Source: Utricularia gibba (Eukaryota; Plantae; Magnoliophyta). Taken from it: a stretch of 16,535 nt of DNA. Location of the stretch: NCBI GenBank assembly GCA_002189035.1, contig NEEC01000429.1, positions 1 through 16,535 of the forward strand, read 5' to 3'. Below the pieces are notes generated by a model. That model was not told the origin of the DNA, did not search any database, and saw only the letters and a program-made list of their open reading frames with translations. Below, in pieces: positions 13,801-16,535 of this stretch. Made by a program: the position numbers and the translations under genes. Position 1 is the first letter of the stretch, and every line of letters begins with the position of its first letter.

Positions 13801-16535
13801 TAGGGGTGGGTTCCCCCTCAAGATGCTCGAGCAAGCACGTTCGATGTCTCGCGCGGGACGGGCGTCCGCACGCCATGCGGGGGGGAATGTCTCGCGCGGA
13901 CGGCCGCCCGCGCGCCATGCTCGAGCATGCGCGGGGAATGTCTCGCGCGGGACGCCGCCCGCGCCATGCTCGGACATGGGCGGGGAATGACTCCACGGAC
14001 GCCCGCCGCGCGCCATGCTCGGACATGGGCGGGCATGGCCTCGCGCGGGACGCCCCCCCGCACGCCATGATCGAACATGCGCGGGGATGGCCTCGCGCGG
14101 GACGCCCGCCCGCACGCCATGCTCGAGCATGCGCGGGGAATGACTCACAAGGGACGCCCGCTTGCACGCCATGCTCGGACATGGGCGGGGAATGTCTCCC
14201 GCGGGACGCCCGCCCGCGCGCCATGCTCGGACATGGGCGGGCATGGCCTCGCGCGGACGCACGCCGCGCTCGAGCATGCTAGGCGATGGCTCGTCCAGAA
14301 TGGCCTTTCGAGAAAAGTCATGCTTTTTTTGGGCATTTGGATGTCCAGTGCCGCCACCTCCCTTTTGGCATGATCTCCCTTCTTGAGGGGGGAGGTGTCT
14401 CTGGAGGCACTGGGCCCACCCTCGGGGCGCCTTGTGGCCCACCGAAAAAAGCCACGCTTTTTCAACATTTGGATGTCCAGTGCCGCCACCTGGGTTTTGG
14501 CATGTTCTCCCTTCTTGAGGGGGAGGTGTCTCGAGAGGCACCCGGCCCACCCTCGGGGGCGGTGTGCCCAGGCGTGCGGCGCCGGCTCCGTGGGCATGGC
14601 GTGGAGGCAGCACCTCCATCGGGGCGAGTAGGGGTGGGTTCCCCCTCAAGATGCTCGAGCAAGCACGTTCGATGTCTCGCGCGGGACGGGCGTCCGCACG
14701 CCAATGCGTGGGGCGGTGACTCGCCATGGACGCCGCCCGCACGCCTTGCTCCAGCATGCGCGGGGAATGTCTCGCGCGGGACGGCCGCCCGCGCGCCATG
14801 CTCGAGCATGCGCGGGGAATGACTCCCACGGGACGCCCGCCCGCACCATGCTCGGACATGGGCGGGCATGGCCTCGCGCGCGGACGCCCCCCCGCACGCC
14901 ATGATCGAACATGCGCGGGGATGGCCTCGCGCGGGACGCCCGCCCGCACGCCATGCTCGAGCATGCGCGGGGAATGACTCACAAGGGACGCCCGCTTGCA
15001 CGCCATGCTCGGACATGGGCGGGGAATGTCTCCCGCGGGACGCCCGCCCGCGCGCCATGCTCGGACATGGGCGGGCATGGCCTCGCGCGGGACGCACGCC
15101 GCGCTCGAGCATGCTAGGCGATGGCTCGTCCAGAATGGCCTTTCGAGAAAAGTCATGCTTTTTTGGGCATTTGGATGTCCAGTGCCGCCACCTCCCTTTT
15201 GGCATGATCTCCCTTCTTGAGGGGGGAGGTGTCTCTGGAGGCACTGGGCCCACCCTCGGGGCGCCTTGTGGCCCACCGAAAAAAGCCACGCTTTTTTCAA
15301 CATTTGGATGTCCAGTGCCGCCACCTGGGTTTTGGCATGTTCTCCCTTCTTGAGGGGGGAGGTGTCTCGAGAGGCACCCGGCCCACCCTCGGGGGGCGGT
15401 GTGCCCCAGGCGTGCGGCGCCGGCTCCGTGGGCATGGCGTGGAGGCAGCACCTCCATCGGGGCGAGTAGGGGTGGGTTCCCCCTCAAGATGCTCGAGCAA
15501 GCACGTTCGATGTCTCGCGCGGGACGGGCGTCCGCACGCCATGCGTGGGGCGGTGACTCGCCATGGACGCCCGCCCGCACGCCTTGCTCCAGCATGCGCG
15601 GGGAATGTCTCGCGCGGGACCCGCCCGCGCGCCATGCTCGAGCATGCGCGGGGAATGACTCCCACGGGACGCCCGCCCGCACGCCATGCTCGGACATGGG
15701 CGGGCATGGCCTCGCGCGGGACGCCCCCCGCACGCCATGATCGAACATGCGCGGGGATGGCCTCGCGCGGGACGCCCGCCCGCACGCCATGCTCGAGCAT
15801 GCGCGGGGAATGACTCACAAGGGACGCCCGCTTGCACGCCATGCTCGGACATGGGCGGGGAATGTCTCCCGCGGGACGCCCGCCCGCGCGCCATGCTCGG
15901 ACATGGGCGGGCATGGCCTCGCGCGGGACGCACGCCGCGCTCGAGCATGCTAGGCGATGGCTCGTCCAGAATGGCCTTTCGAGAAAAGTCATGCTTTTTT
16001 GGGCATTTGGATGTCCAGTGCCGCCACCTCCCTTTTGGCATGATCTCCCTTCTTGAGGGGGAGGTGTCTCTGGAGGCACTGGGCCACCCTCGGGGCGCCT
16101 TGTGGCCCACCGAAAAAAGCCACGCTTTTTTCAACATTTGGATGTCCAGTGCCGCCACCTGGGTTTTGGCATGTTCTCCCTTCTTGAGGGGGGAGGTGTC
16201 TCGAGAGGCACCCGGCCCACCCTCGGGGGGCGGTGTGCCCCAGGCGTGCGGCGCCGGCTCCGTGGGCATGGCGTGGAGGCAGCACCTCCATCGGGGCGAG
16301 TAGGGGTGGGTTCCCCCTCAAGATGCTCGAGCAAGCACGTTCGATGTCTCGCGCGGGGACGGGCGTCCGCACGCCATGCGCGGGAATGTCTCGCGCGGGA
16401 CGGCCGCCGCGCGCCATGCTCGAGCATGCGCGGGGAATGTCTCGCGCGGGACGCCGCCCGCACGCCATGCTCGGACATGGGCGGGGAATGTCTCGCGCGG
16501 ACGCCCGCCCGCGCGCCATGCTCGGACATGGGCGG
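10899..16535 (+). repeat. IGS higher-order tandem array, at least 6.7 units
   Basis: Units start (GAAAAGTCA) at 10899, 11861, 12679, 13483, 14312, 15147 and 15983, giving lengths of 962, 818, 804, 829, 835 and 836 bp. The array runs off the end of the window. Confidence 0.97.

Noticed and set aside
10058-16529. Very long ORFs (707, 774, 600 and 569 aa) in the downstream array
   Set aside because: The peptide repeats simply track the DNA repeat units, frames switch with homopolymer indels, and there is no transposase, reverse transcriptase or other domain signature.
9701-16535. 5S rRNA gene or tRNA/SINE inside the IGS (linked L-type arrangement)
   Set aside because: No 5S-like or tRNA-like sequence was recognised on either strand in the visible spacer; the unseen part of the IGS cannot be excluded.
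10899-16535. CRISPR-like repeat-spacer reading of the regularly spaced palindromic repeats
   Set aside because: The sequence between repeats is itself repeated rather than unique, there are no cas genes, and the context is eukaryotic rDNA.

Overview
The window holds one complete plant 45S (35S) rDNA transcription unit on the + strand: 5'ETS, 18S (3955-5760), ITS1, 5.8S, ITS2 and 26S (~6292-9700). Both flanks are a very long, GC-rich intergenic spacer (IGS). The rRNA motifs are angiosperm-type and tentatively monocot-like, and the variable regions look diverged. I found no credible protein-coding gene, transposon, intron, R2 insertion or 5S gene; the long ORFs are artefacts of GC-rich repeats and antisense rRNA. 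The most interesting part is the IGS. It is a nested array of ~0.8-0.96 kb units, each made of two ~132-bp promoter-like boxes, a linker block and a fixed-order run of ~52-bp palindrome-containing monomers. The motif TCTTGAGGGGG(G)AGGTG, which resembles a Pol I start site, occurs 20 times, and the outermost degenerate copy reads TTTATAAGGGGGG, close to the canonical plant start motif. ITS1 is unusually short (~132 bp). A few 1-nt deletions at invariant rRNA positions suggest long-read consensus errors, so small indels among the repeats should be treated cautiously. I see no evidence of a wholly new biological system; the best lead is a heavily amplified spacer-promoter array.
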